From an uncultured Chloroflexia bacterium (lineage in GTDB: Bacteria; Chloroflexota; Limnocylindria; Limnocylindrales; CSP1-4), in contig CAVXPZ010000003.1 in NCBI GenBank assembly GCA_963763775.1, forward strand, positions 288,001-352,000: 64,000 nucleotides of DNA, in the 5' to 3' direction. This document shows positions 33,945-43,694 of this stretch, one piece after another. The stretch's first letter is position 1. Each line of letters starts with the position of its first letter. Below the pieces are notes generated by a model that was not told the DNA's origin, ran no database searches, and saw nothing but the letters and a program-made list of their open reading frames with translations. Position numbers and translations under genes: made by a program.

Positions 33945-34825
33945 CCGGCGCAGTGTAGTCGTCCGGTCGTCGCCCGGCGGCCTGCAGGGTCGAGAACTGG
34001 TACATCAGCAGCCGCGGCGAGGCCAGCACCGCGAGGAGGACGGCCGTCGCCCACCCGAACTTGGTCGTCGACGCCCGCCAGGCGAGGATGGCCAGGGCGG
34101 CCACCATGGCCGCCCAGAGGACCGGCGAGAACGCGTATGGCGAGAGATTGCGGACCTCGCCGACCTGGCCCAGATCCGTGAAGGTCAGGAACGCGATCGA
34201 GCCGGCCGGCTCGAGGATGAACGAGACCGCGGCGATCCCGGCAAGCCACGCCACGAGCCCGGCCGATCGCACGGAGGTCGCGTCGCCCGATCCAGTAGAT
34301 CGCCACGAGGATCGGCAGCAGCTTGAGGTTCGTCGCGAGCGCGACGGCGAGCGGACTGCCGATCGTCAGGAACAGCGTCACGAGGACCTGTGCCTGGCCG
34401 ATGGCCAGGCTCCACGCGATCGGGGCCGCGAGCCATCCGAGCATGAGCCACGTCCACCGTCGTCGGACTCCGAGCCGGAGGATCGTCAGCACGAACGCGG
34501 CCAGCAGCACGCCCTCCCAGATGAGCGCCGCCTGCTCGAACGGCAGCGTCGCCAGCGGTCGGAAGATGATCGCCAGGAGCGGCGGGTACCGATAGAAGGA
34601 CGGATCGTCCGTCGTGGCGGCCTGCTCGTAGAGCGGGAGCCCGGCGTTGAGCCGCGCTCCGGCGTCGTAGTAGGCATGGACGTCGCCGAGCGGGTCCAGC
34701 TGCAGGTGGATCCGGAGCGTGTCGAGGCCGATGATCGTCCCGAGGATGGCCGCGGCGATCAGGACGTACTGGACTCGGCGCGTTTGGAGGAGTCGCTCCA
34801 GGCCGGTCGTGTCGAAGGCGGTCAC
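33928..34825 (-). CDS. GT87/DUF2029 glycosyltransferase (frameshift near 34265)
   Basis: DVHAYY, YRYPPLLA, GQAQ, LKLLP. Confidence 0.78.
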
Positions 34826-35918
34826 GGACGCTCGGGCGCGGGCGTCAGCGTCGCGGACACCGCGGGAGCGGCATCCGCCGTCGGGCTCGGGGCCACCGGC
34901 ACGGCGTCCCTGGCCTCGCGATACCGCCACGCACCGATGAGGATCACGGCGGCGTAGACCGGGAGCGGATGCGTCGTGGCGATCGGCGAGGCGGCGACCA
35001 CCACGAGGGCGAGGGTCGAGGCGTAGCGGTACATCCCGGGCATCGCCAGGGCGATCGGCAGCGCCGAATAGGTGCCCGGCGTACGGCGCGATCAGGATCC
35101 CCGACGCCGCCGACCAGGCGATCCCGGTCTCGCGGCCGCGGCGCCACAGGACGACGATCAACCCGATGAAGGTGACGATCGCGATCGGCAGCCAGAGTTG
35201 CGGGAAGAGCGCTGTGACGCCGTGATTGCCGGCGAAGGGCGACGCGAAACGGGTCCCGCCGGAGAGCGCCTGGAGCCAGTCGACGTAGCTCGCCGGTCCG
35301 GCGACGAGCGCGCCGAACGCCGTGGCGAGCAGCCCGGTCACCACCGTCACGCCGAATACCGGTCGCCGCCAGACGAGGAGCCACAGCAGGATCGGGCACG
35401 ACCAGCGGCTTCGCGAAGGCCGCGATCACCAGCCCGAGCAGGATCCCGTGTCGCGGCCGCGGCGACGCCAGCATCGCCGGCACCATCGCCCCGACCAGCA
35501 GGACGTTGACGTTGCCGAGCATCACGTCATGCAGGAACGGCAGCGAGCACACCAGGGTCACGAGGACGATGATCGCGTGATCGCCCGCCGACCACGTCGC
35601 CCCGACGACTCCAGACACAGGCGGCCGCGATGACGAGCTTGAGGGCGGCGTAGACCAGACTGACGGCATCGAACGGCAACGGGGCGAGCGGCGCGCCGAC
35701 GACGGCCGCGAGGGGTGGGTAGAGGAAACTGCGGGTCCGCGTAGATCGGCTGGCCGGCCGTCAGCCGCGCGCCCGGCGTCGAGGATCAGGTGCAGGTCGA
35801 TGCCCCACCAGCTCCGGCCGTCCCAGGACATGGCGACCCAGCTCCCGAACTCGCCGAGCCCGAACAGCACGACGAAGACGGCAGCAGCGAACCACGCAAG
35901 GCGAAGACGAGGTGTCAC
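34822..35918 (-). CDS. GT87/DUF2029 glycosyltransferase (frameshifted)
   Basis: GIDLH, FLYPPLAA, GNVN, AKP across frames. Confidence 0.7.
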
Positions 35919-36008
35919 GACGACGGGAGCCTACGCTCATCGCGCCGCCGTGACCCCGGGACCTGCGTACACTCCCACGGCGGGACCATGGTCGTCGGGA
36001 GGTGATGG

Positions 36009-36950
36009 GTGACGTTGGCTGGGGTGACGGCGACCGTCACGCATCGGGCGGACCTGGTCGAGGCCCGCATGCGGCGCCTCAGCCGGCGCATCGGTCGACC
36101 GCTCCGCGATGCCCTGGTCATCATCGGCCTCGCCCGGGCGATCCTCTATTTCGGCGGTCCGTTCTCGATCATGGGCACCGAGGTGGGCCAGGGGATCCAT
36201 CCGTGGGAGTTCCTCGGCGTCGACGCCCGGGCGTACTGGAGCGTCGACCTCGCCCATCCCTACGCGTCGTCCGGCGTCGGCGTGCTCTCCACCTACCTGT
36301 ACTCGCCGGCGTTCGCGCAGATCCTCGCGCCGTTCTCGCTCATCCCGTTCGAGGCGTTCTACGCGCTCTGGACGGTGATGCTCGTGGGCATCGTGCTGTG
36401 GCTGGTCCGACCGTGGCCGTGGGCGCTCGCCATCTTCGCGCTGCCGATCCTCTACGAGCTCGCCGTGGGACAGGTCCACCTGCTGATCGCGGCGGCGATC
36501 GTCGTGGGCTTCGCGCGGCCGGCGGCCTGGGCGCTGCCGATCCTCACGAAGCTGACGCCGAGCATCGGACTGCTCTGGTTCGCCGTCCGCCAGGAGTGGC
36601 GCGGGCTGGCGGAGGCGGTCGGTGTGACGCTCGCGATCGTGGCCGTGTCCTTCGTCCTCTCGCCCAGCGCGTGGTTCGACTGGTTCGCCTTCCTCACGTC
36701 GAGCACGCAACGCGGCGAGGCGCTCTTCCTCCGAGTGGGTGTCGGCGTGGTGATCATGGTCCTCGCCGCGCTCAGCGGCCGCCGCTGGCTCGTGCCCGTC
36801 GCGGTGTGGATCGCCTTGCCGGTCGTGTGGATCGAATCGTGGGTGATCCTGCTGGCGATCATCCGCCTCGGACGGACGACCACCCCGATGCCGGCGGCGC
36901 GACCGACGGCATCGACGACCCCGGATCGGCCGATGAGCCAGGGCGCCTGA
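36009..36950 (+). CDS. GT87/DUF2029 glycosyltransferase
   Basis: DARAYW, YLYSPAF, GQVHLL, TKLTPSIGLLWF. Confidence 0.8.
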   Translation: MTLAGVTATVTHRADLVEARMRRLSRRIGRPLRDALVIIGLARAILYFGGPFSIMGTEVGQGIHPWEFLGVDARAYWSVDLAHPYASSGVGVLSTYLYSPAFAQILAPFSLIPFEAFYALWTVMLVGIVLWLVRPWPWALAIFALPILYELAVGQVHLLIAAAIVVGFARPAAWALPILTKLTPSIGLLWFAVRQEWRGLAEAVGVTLAIVAVSFVLSPSAWFDWFAFLTSSTQRGEALFLRVGVGVVIMVLAALSGRRWLVPVAVWIALPVVWIESWVILLAIIRLGRTTTPMPAARPTASTTPDRPMSQGA

Positions 36951-37833
36951 TCCAGCCGGCCACCTCGTCTCGCTCGAGGGCGATGAGGGCCACCAGGACC
37001 GAGAACGCGTGCGGCCAGATGGTCGGGATGCTCAAGAGCAGCGCGATCGCGAGGGTCCACGGCCGATCCGTTCGAGCTCCCCACACGACGATGACGGCCG
37101 CGAGCGGCAGGCGTACCGCCAGCGGGATCGGGATCGCGAGGCCGGCCGTCGCGCCGACGTCACTCGCGAGCATCGCGAACCATTGCCGCCAGAGGTCAGG
37201 GGCAACGAGGTAGGACAGCGCTGAGAGCGCGGCGGTCGTCCCGACGACGACGGCGAACGAACGCCACTCGCCACGCGCCGGGTACCAAAGCCAGCAGACC
37301 GCCGTGGTGACCTTGGTCAAGGCGAGCAGCGACCACGCAGCCGGATATCGGAGACCGATCACGAGCGCGAACGCCAGGAGCAGGTGGACATTGCCCGTCG
37401 ACAGCTCGAGGGCGACGGGATAGAGGGCCAGGGCCGCGAGCGTCCAGCCACGACAGCTCCACGCCAGGGCGGCCAGGAGGAGCACGTTCCACAGGACCAG
37501 GAAGACCGGCCACGACAGCGCGTGGAACGGCGTCAGGAGCAGGGCGACGGGTGGCGCGTATCGGAACGCGACGGTCGCTGACAGGTTGTCCATCGCTTCG
37601 ACATAGGGGTGCGCGGGATCGAACGACCAATAGCCGCGAGCGTCCGCCCCTCGGCCATCCATGTTCGCCAGCAGGAGCAGCAGCACGCCGATGCCGACGA
37701 TCGACATCCCGTGCCGGACGGCACGACGCGCGGACGGGGAATCCGATCGGCTCCGGATCGCGTGGCCCAGGCGCCTCGGCCCGGCCGACCACGACCGGTG
37801 CGGGTGGTCCCGCTCGTCACTCGCGGCGGTCAA
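36859..37833 (-). CDS. GT87/DUF2029 glycosyltransferase (boundaries approximate)
   Basis: C-terminal part of the 36859..38409 ORF: DARGYW, FRYAPP, GNVHLL, TKVT. Confidence 0.72.
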   Translation of the reverse strand: MTAASDERDHPHRSWSAGPRRLGHAIRSRSDSPSARRAVRHGMSIVGIGVLLLLLANMDGRGADARGYWSFDPAHPYVEAMDNLSATVAFRYAPPVALLLTPFHALSWPVFLVLWNVLLLAALAWSCRGWTLAALALYPVALELSTGNVHLLLAFALVIGLRYPAAWSLLALTKVTTAVCWLWYPARGEWRSFAVVVGTTAALSALSYLVAPDLWRQWFAMLASDVGATAGLAIPIPLAVRLPLAAVIVVWGARTDRPWTLAIALLLSIPTIWPHAFSVLVALIALERDEVAGWIRRPGSSADPGSSMPSVAPPASGWSSVRGG

Positions 37834-38582
37834 TGGGCGCCGTCCGTCGCCGGCTCCGCGTCCCGTCGTCGCCCGAGGAACGCCGCCACCGGCACGAGGA
37901 TGAGCGGCAGCCCGAGGATCGAGTAGGTCAGCCCACCGGGCGCGTGGATGACGACCCGAAACCAGTCCAGCCAGAGCACCCCGAACAAGAGCGACACCGC
38001 GATGAGCGCCGCCATCGCCACCCACCAGCTGCGGTCGCGGACGCCCCCGAAGATGAAGGGCGCGAACGACGGCTTGATGACGATGAGCGCCCACGGCCAC
38101 TGCCAGCGGAGCCCGGCGGCAACGAAGGCCATGACCCAGAGGTTCGTGTTGCCGACGACGAGCATCGACGCGGACGTCGGCCAGAACAGGAGCATCGCGA
38201 TGACCGCCCAGGCGGTGGGCGACGGCCGCCAGCCGGCGATGATCCAGATCGTCAGTCCGATCGGGATCGCGTACCAGAGGACCGCCGGCAGCCACGTGAA
38301 GGGCAGGAAGAGGAGCAGCGAGATCGGCGGGTGCAGGAACGTGTCCGGCTGGTAGTCGAAGGGGCCGGCGACCTCCGACGCGAGGTACGGAGTACCGGTC
38401 GTCAGCCACCGGTGCGTGGCGCTGACGTAGTGCGCTCGGTCGTAGTCGAGCGCCGGGTATCCGCTCGTCAGGACGTACAGCAGCATCAGGACAGCGCCGG
38501 TGAACCCGACCGCGGCGACCGCCCAGGCCAGGCGCGGCGAGACGGCTCCGACGCTCGGCGCCCGTTGGATCGAGACGTGCAT
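37830..38582 (-). CDS. GT87/DUF2029-like glycosyltransferase
   Basis: DRAHY, FLHPP, GNTNLW, IKPS. Confidence 0.72.
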   Translation of the reverse strand: MHVSIQRAPSVGAVSPRLAWAVAAVGFTGAVLMLLYVLTSGYPALDYDRAHYVSATHRWLTTGTPYLASEVAGPFDYQPDTFLHPPISLLLFLPFTWLPAVLWYAIPIGLTIWIIAGWRPSPTAWAVIAMLLFWPTSASMLVVGNTNLWVMAFVAAGLRWQWPWALIVIKPSFAPFIFGGVRDRSWWVAMAALIAVSLLFGVLWLDWFRVVIHAPGGLTYSILGLPLILVPVAAFLGRRRDAEPATDGAH

Positions 38583-38673
38583 CGACCCACTGTACCGCCC
38601 ACTTCTGGGGCCCCCGGGTAGGTCATTCGTACCGGTCGGCGGGGGCCCGACCCGGTGCTACGCTGCACCGGCC

Positions 38674-40275
38674 GTGCGTACACCCCTACTGCTGTACGGG
38701 CTCGCCCTCGCCGTCCGGGTGGTGCTCCTGTGGCACTTCCCGTACCCGGCCTACCCGGACTCGACCTACTATGTGGACGTCGCCCGGTCGCTGAACGCGG
38801 GGACCGGGTTCAACGTCGACTTCGTGTGGATCTTCGCCGAGGTCGGCGGCCACATCCCGGCCGCCGCGACCCTGCCGATCCCCTCGAACGCCCACTGGAT
38901 GCCGCTCGCGTCCATCGTCCAAGTCCCGTTCCTCGCCGTCTTCGGCGACCAAGCCTGGGCGTCGGCCCTGCCGTTCGCGATCATCGGCGCCATCGCCGCG
39001 CCGCTGACCTGGGCGATCGCCCGGGACGCCGGCGCGCGGCCGTTCATCGCGCTGGGCGCCGGGGTCCTCGTCGCCGTCCCGCTGCTCTCCGCCGTCTACC
39101 TCGTGCAGCCGGACAACTTCTCGCTCTATCAGCCGCTCGTCATCGGCGCGTTGTGGCTCGGGGCGCGCGGGCTCAAGGGCTCGGGCCGGGCGTTCGTCGG
39201 CGCCGGGCTGTTGGCGGCCCTCGCGACCTGGTCCCGCAACGACGGCCTCCTCGTGATGGGCGCCCTCGGCCTCGCCTTCCTCTGGGACCGCTGGCACGCG
39301 TGGCGGTCGTCCGGGTCGCGCCTCCCGGCGATCTCGCTCGCGGCCGCAGCCGGCTGCGTCGCCGTGTTCCTCCTCGTGATGGCGCCGTGGTGGATCCGCC
39401 AGCTCGCCGTCTTCGGATCGCTCTCGCCGTCGACCGCCTCGGGCAAGGTCTTCTTCATCCGCGACATCGCGGAGTGGAACAGCATCACGACCCCGGCGAC
39501 GCTCGACCACCTGCTGGGCCAGGGTCTCGGGCCGCTCCTGGAGAGCCGCGTCGGCGGCTTCGCGTCCGCGGTCCTGATCTACGCGGTGCTGGTCGCCGGC
39601 GTCGTCCTCGCGCCGTTCATGGTCGTCGGCGGCTGGGCGCGACGCCGGTCGGTCGACTTCGGGCCGTTCTTCGCGTACGCCGCGCTGCTGTTCGCGTTCT
39701 CGGCGATCGTGTCCGCGGTCCACGTCCCCGGCGGCACCTTCATCCACTCGGCGGTCGCGCTCGCGCCGTACAGCTACATCCTCGCGCTCGAAGGCATCGC
39801 CGTGGCCGTCGCCTGGATGGCTCGTCGGCGGTCCGGCTGGGACGCGGAAGCCGCGACGCGGCTCTTCGTGGGCGCGGCGATCGTCTTCGCGGTCTTCGCC
39901 GCGACGGCCGGGGCGCTCTCGGTCCACACCACGTGGTCCGCCCGGCAGGCTCGCTTCGAGACCGTCGCGACGGGGCTCGCGGCGGCCGGTGCGGCGCCGA
40001 CGGACCGGGTGATGTCCATCGACGCCTCCGGGACCAAGTACTGGACAAGTCATGGGGGCGTCGTGCTCGTCAACGATCCCCTTGACACCGTCGAGGAGGT
40101 CGCACGGGCGTACGACATCCGCTGGCTCGTCCTCGATCGCGAGGACAGCGTGGCCAGTGTCGCGCCCATCCTCGACGGAGCGGTGCAGCCCGCCTGGCTC
40201 GGACCGCCCGCGATGACCGTAGGCGATCCTGTGGACCTCGCGATCTATCCGGTCCTGCCGGAGACCCAGCCATGA
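38674..40275 (+). CDS. ArnT/PMT-like (GT39/83) membrane glycosyltransferase
   Basis: YPDSTYYVDVARSL..G.G, WMPL, RNDG, PWWIRQ..FGS. Confidence 0.8.
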   Translation: MRTPLLLYGLALAVRVVLLWHFPYPAYPDSTYYVDVARSLNAGTGFNVDFVWIFAEVGGHIPAAATLPIPSNAHWMPLASIVQVPFLAVFGDQAWASALPFAIIGAIAAPLTWAIARDAGARPFIALGAGVLVAVPLLSAVYLVQPDNFSLYQPLVIGALWLGARGLKGSGRAFVGAGLLAALATWSRNDGLLVMGALGLAFLWDRWHAWRSSGSRLPAISLAAAAGCVAVFLLVMAPWWIRQLAVFGSLSPSTASGKVFFIRDIAEWNSITTPATLDHLLGQGLGPLLESRVGGFASAVLIYAVLVAGVVLAPFMVVGGWARRRSVDFGPFFAYAALLFAFSAIVSAVHVPGGTFIHSAVALAPYSYILALEGIAVAVAWMARRRSGWDAEAATRLFVGAAIVFAVFAATAGALSVHTTWSARQARFETVATGLAAAGAAPTDRVMSIDASGTKYWTSHGGVVLVNDPLDTVEEVARAYDIRWLVLDREDSVASVAPILDGAVQPAWLGPPAMTVGDPVDLAIYPVLPETQP

Positions 40276-41900
40276 GCCGCCGCGAGGCCTGGCTCTCGGC
40301 GCTGCTGGTCTTCGGGGTGGCGCTGGTGGTGCGGACCGTGTTCGCGTCGCAGATCGTCTTCCCGAAGCCCGAGGACACCGCCTACTACGTCGGCGTCGCG
40401 CGGAACCTCGTCGACGGCCGGGGCCTGGTCTCGGACGCCCTCTGGAGCTACCAGACGCCGCCGCTGGTCTTCCCGCGGCCCGCGTTCGAGGTCTGGCTCC
40501 CGCTCCCGACCTTCCTGGCGGCGATCCCGATGGCGATCGCGGGGACGACCTTCGCCGCGGCCCAGGTCTCCTCGATCGTGATGGGCGCGCTGGTGCCCGT
40601 GCTCGCCTGGCGCATCGGCGCCGACGTCGCGGTGGAGCGGGCTCTCCCCGTCGGCCGAGCCCGGACCTTCGCGGTCGGGGTCGGTCTCACGAGCGCCGTG
40701 TATCTGCCGCTCGTCTTCCACTCGTCGCTGCCCGACTCGACGATGCCGTTCGCCGTCTTCGCCCTCGCGGCGTGCTGGCTGATGGCCCGGATCGCCCGTG
40801 ATCCGGCCGGTGCCCGCTGGCTGGATCGGCGCGTCCTCGCCCTCGGCCTGTTCATCGGCCTGGCGGCCCTGACACGCAACGAGGCGATCTGGCTCGGCCT
40901 CACCTGGGCGATCGTCGCCTGGTTCGCGGTCGGCATCACGCGGGCCGGCTGGTTCCGCATCGTGGCCGCCGCGGCCATCGTCGCCGCCGTCGTGTTCGCC
41001 CCGTGGGCCGCTCGCGACTGGGCCGTGTTCGGCAGCCCGCTGCCGGGGCAGGCCGCTGCGAACGCGTTCTCGGTGACCGGCTTCGACATCTTCGCGTGGA
41101 ACGACCCGCCCACGCTGGCCCGCTATCTCGCCGTGGGGCCTGCCCGGCTGCTCGAGATGCGCGTCGAGGGCGTCACGCACAACCTCTTCTCGGTGCTGCT
41201 GCTCATCGGGCTGCCGATCTCGCTGCTCGGCCTGGCGGCGCTGCCGTGGCAGGGTCGCGGCCGCACCGTGCGACCGCTCGTGATCCTCGGCGTGGTCACG
41301 TTCCTCTTCACGAGCCTCGTGTTCCCCGTCGCGACGACCTGGGGCACCTTCCTGCACGCCTCCGGCCCGGTCCAGGTGCTCCTGGTGATCTCGGCGCTCC
41401 TGGCGCTGGACGCCGGCATCGCCCGACTCGGCGCGCGCCTCGGATGGACGCGGCCGGTGGCCTGGCTCGGCCCCGCACTCGGGATCTTCGGCTCGCTCCT
41501 GTTCTCGGCGGCGCTGATCCCCGCCTTCGGTGCGGGCTCGCGGGACACCGCCGAGCAGTACGCCGAGCTCGGCCGGCGCATGGCCGCGGCCGGGCATCCA
41601 TTGGACGGGTCCGCGGGGCCGGTCATCACGGACTTCCCGATCTGGCTCGCGGAGACGGCCAAGGTGGACGCGCTCGCGCTCCCGGACGAGACGCCGGCGG
41701 ACGTCCTGGACCTCGCCGCGGCATTCCCCGGGACCCGGCTCGTCATCGTGATGGGCTCCGAGCACGGGTCGTGGCCGGCGGTCCTCGACGGCCCGGACGC
41801 CGCCGCGGCCTGCTTCCGCGAGATCGACCTCGGGCCGGGGCCGGCTTCCGGACCGGATCCGCTCGAAGATTCCCGAGCCTTCGAGATCGTCTGCCCATGA
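40272..41900 (+). CDS. ArnT/PMT-like membrane glycosyltransferase, paralog of upstream gene
   Basis: EDTAYYVGVARNL..G.G, WLPL, RNEA, PWAARD..FGS. Confidence 0.8.
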   Translation: MSRREAWLSALLVFGVALVVRTVFASQIVFPKPEDTAYYVGVARNLVDGRGLVSDALWSYQTPPLVFPRPAFEVWLPLPTFLAAIPMAIAGTTFAAAQVSSIVMGALVPVLAWRIGADVAVERALPVGRARTFAVGVGLTSAVYLPLVFHSSLPDSTMPFAVFALAACWLMARIARDPAGARWLDRRVLALGLFIGLAALTRNEAIWLGLTWAIVAWFAVGITRAGWFRIVAAAAIVAAVVFAPWAARDWAVFGSPLPGQAAANAFSVTGFDIFAWNDPPTLARYLAVGPARLLEMRVEGVTHNLFSVLLLIGLPISLLGLAALPWQGRGRTVRPLVILGVVTFLFTSLVFPVATTWGTFLHASGPVQVLLVISALLALDAGIARLGARLGWTRPVAWLGPALGIFGSLLFSAALIPAFGAGSRDTAEQYAELGRRMAAAGHPLDGSAGPVITDFPIWLAETAKVDALALPDETPADVLDLAAAFPGTRLVIVMGSEHGSWPAVLDGPDAAAACFREIDLGPGPASGPDPLEDSRAFEIVCP

Positions 41901-42910
41901 ATGACGACCCGTATACTCGGAAGCTCATGGAGGCAGCACGCTCCGGGGCGCACGGCAGCGACGGCCGCTTCGACGGTCTCCGCGCGGAGGCGACCGCGGC
42001 GGTCGGCTCCAGCGCGAACACGCTTCGCGCCGTCCGGGACCGGTACCGTCAGGCGTATGCGGAGCTCCTCCAGGACGCACAGGCGCCGCGTGGCGGCCAT
42101 GTCACCGAAGAGCTCGGCGACCGACAGGTCGAGCTGACCAAACTGGATCTCGCGCAACAGACGCTCGAGCGCACGTGGCTCTTCCTCGAGCGCGGCGACG
42201 TCACGCTGGTCACCGATCCGGGCGGTCCGCCCACGTCCGGCGACATCGCGATGCGCATCGTCGAGGCGCAGGAGGCGGAGCGCGCTCGACTCGCACAGGA
42301 GGTCCACGATGGACCGGCGCAGGCGCTCACGAACGCGATCTTCCAGGTGGAGTACATCGAGCGCGTCCTGCCGACGGATCCGCTGCTCGCCGAGTCCGAG
42401 CTCCGCTTCCTTCGCGAGCTGCTCCGTCGCGAGCTTGGCGATGTCCGCGCGTTCATCAGCCAGCTCCGGCCGCCACTGCTCGACGAACTGGGCCTCGACG
42501 GGGCCATCATGGACACCATCGAACGGATCCGGGCCTTGTCCGGGCTGACCATCACGACCGAGTTGTCGGCTCCGGCCGGCGCCCTGAGCGATGGGGCCCA
42601 GACGGTGGCCCTGCGCGTGGCCCAGGAGGCGCTCCAGAATGTCCGAAAGCACGCATCGGCGACCACCGTCGTCGTGGCGACCGGCCTCGAGCCGGGCCTG
42701 TGGATCCTGGAGGTACGCGATGACGGTCGTGGATTCGATGTCGGCGCCGTCGCCGCCCGCGGCCGGCGGAACTTCGGCCTCCAGTTCATGCGCGAGCGAG
42801 CCGAGTTGGTCGGCGCTCGCTTCGACGTACGATCACAGCCGGACGGCGGGACCGTCGTGCGGCTCACGATCCCCACTGACGCGGTGACGGGAGTAGAGGA
42901 GAGCAGATGA
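41897..42910 (+). CDS. Cytoplasmic DegS-like histidine kinase (HisKA_3)
   Basis: ERARLAQEVHDGPAQ, QEALQNVRKHA, DDGRGF, FGLQFMRER; no TM segment. Confidence 0.9.
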   Translation: MNDDPYTRKLMEAARSGAHGSDGRFDGLRAEATAAVGSSANTLRAVRDRYRQAYAELLQDAQAPRGGHVTEELGDRQVELTKLDLAQQTLERTWLFLERGDVTLVTDPGGPPTSGDIAMRIVEAQEAERARLAQEVHDGPAQALTNAIFQVEYIERVLPTDPLLAESELRFLRELLRRELGDVRAFISQLRPPLLDELGLDGAIMDTIERIRALSGLTITTELSAPAGALSDGAQTVALRVAQEALQNVRKHASATTVVVATGLEPGLWILEVRDDGRGFDVGAVAARGRRNFGLQFMRERAELVGARFDVRSQPDGGTVVRLTIPTDAVTGVEESR

Positions 42911-43653
42911 GCGCGATGGACTACAGCGGCCCGGAGCGACGTCGGGGTGGACCCGACCGTCGCAACCTCGAACAACGGACACGGATCCTCATCGTCGACG
43001 ATCACGCCCTGTTCCGGGTCGGGATCAGCAACATCCTGAGCCGCGAGCCCGACCTCGAGATCGTGGCCGAGGCCGACGACTCGCGGAGTGCGGTGGACCG
43101 CGCCCTCGAGACCTCGCCGGACCTCGTCCTGATGGACCTGTCCCTGCCGGCGCCCGGCGGCATCGAGACGACCCAGCGGATCAAGCGCGAGCTCCCCTCG
43201 ACCGCGATCATCGTGCTGGCGGTCAGCGAGGACGAGGACGCCCTGTTCGATGCGATCAAGGCCGGCGCGGCGGCGTTCATCCTCAAGGACGTCGGCCCCG
43301 ACGACCTCGTGACCATCATCCGGCGCGTCGTCGCTGGCGAGTACCTGATCAACGACAAGGTCTTCGCCAAGCCGGCCGTGGCGTCGCGCGTGCTCAAGGA
43401 GTTCCGCGAGCTCGCCGTCTACGGCCAGGACGCGGCGCCGATCTTCGCCCCGCTCTCCCCGCGCGAGGTCGAGATCCTCGACAACATCGCGCAGGGCATG
43501 ACGAACAAGCAGGTGGCCTACGCGCTGTCGATCAGCGAGCAGACCGTCAAGAACCACATGAGCTCCATCCTCCGGAAGCTCTCGGTCAATGACCGGACCC
43601 AGGCCGTGGTGTACGCCATGCGCCAGGGCTGGATCCGGATGCCGGAGGACTGA
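42907..43653 (+). CDS. NarL/DegU-family response regulator
   Basis: VDDH..LVLMD..FILKD receiver; LSPREVEIL..GMTNKQVA..TVKNH LuxR HTH. Confidence 0.95.
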   Translation: MSAMDYSGPERRRGGPDRRNLEQRTRILIVDDHALFRVGISNILSREPDLEIVAEADDSRSAVDRALETSPDLVLMDLSLPAPGGIETTQRIKRELPSTAIIVLAVSEDEDALFDAIKAGAAAFILKDVGPDDLVTIIRRVVAGEYLINDKVFAKPAVASRVLKEFRELAVYGQDAAPIFAPLSPREVEILDNIAQGMTNKQVAYALSISEQTVKNHMSSILRKLSVNDRTQAVVYAMRQGWIRMPED

Positions 43654-43694
43654 ACGATCGCGACCCAAGCGTCCCACGCGACCCAGGATCGACC

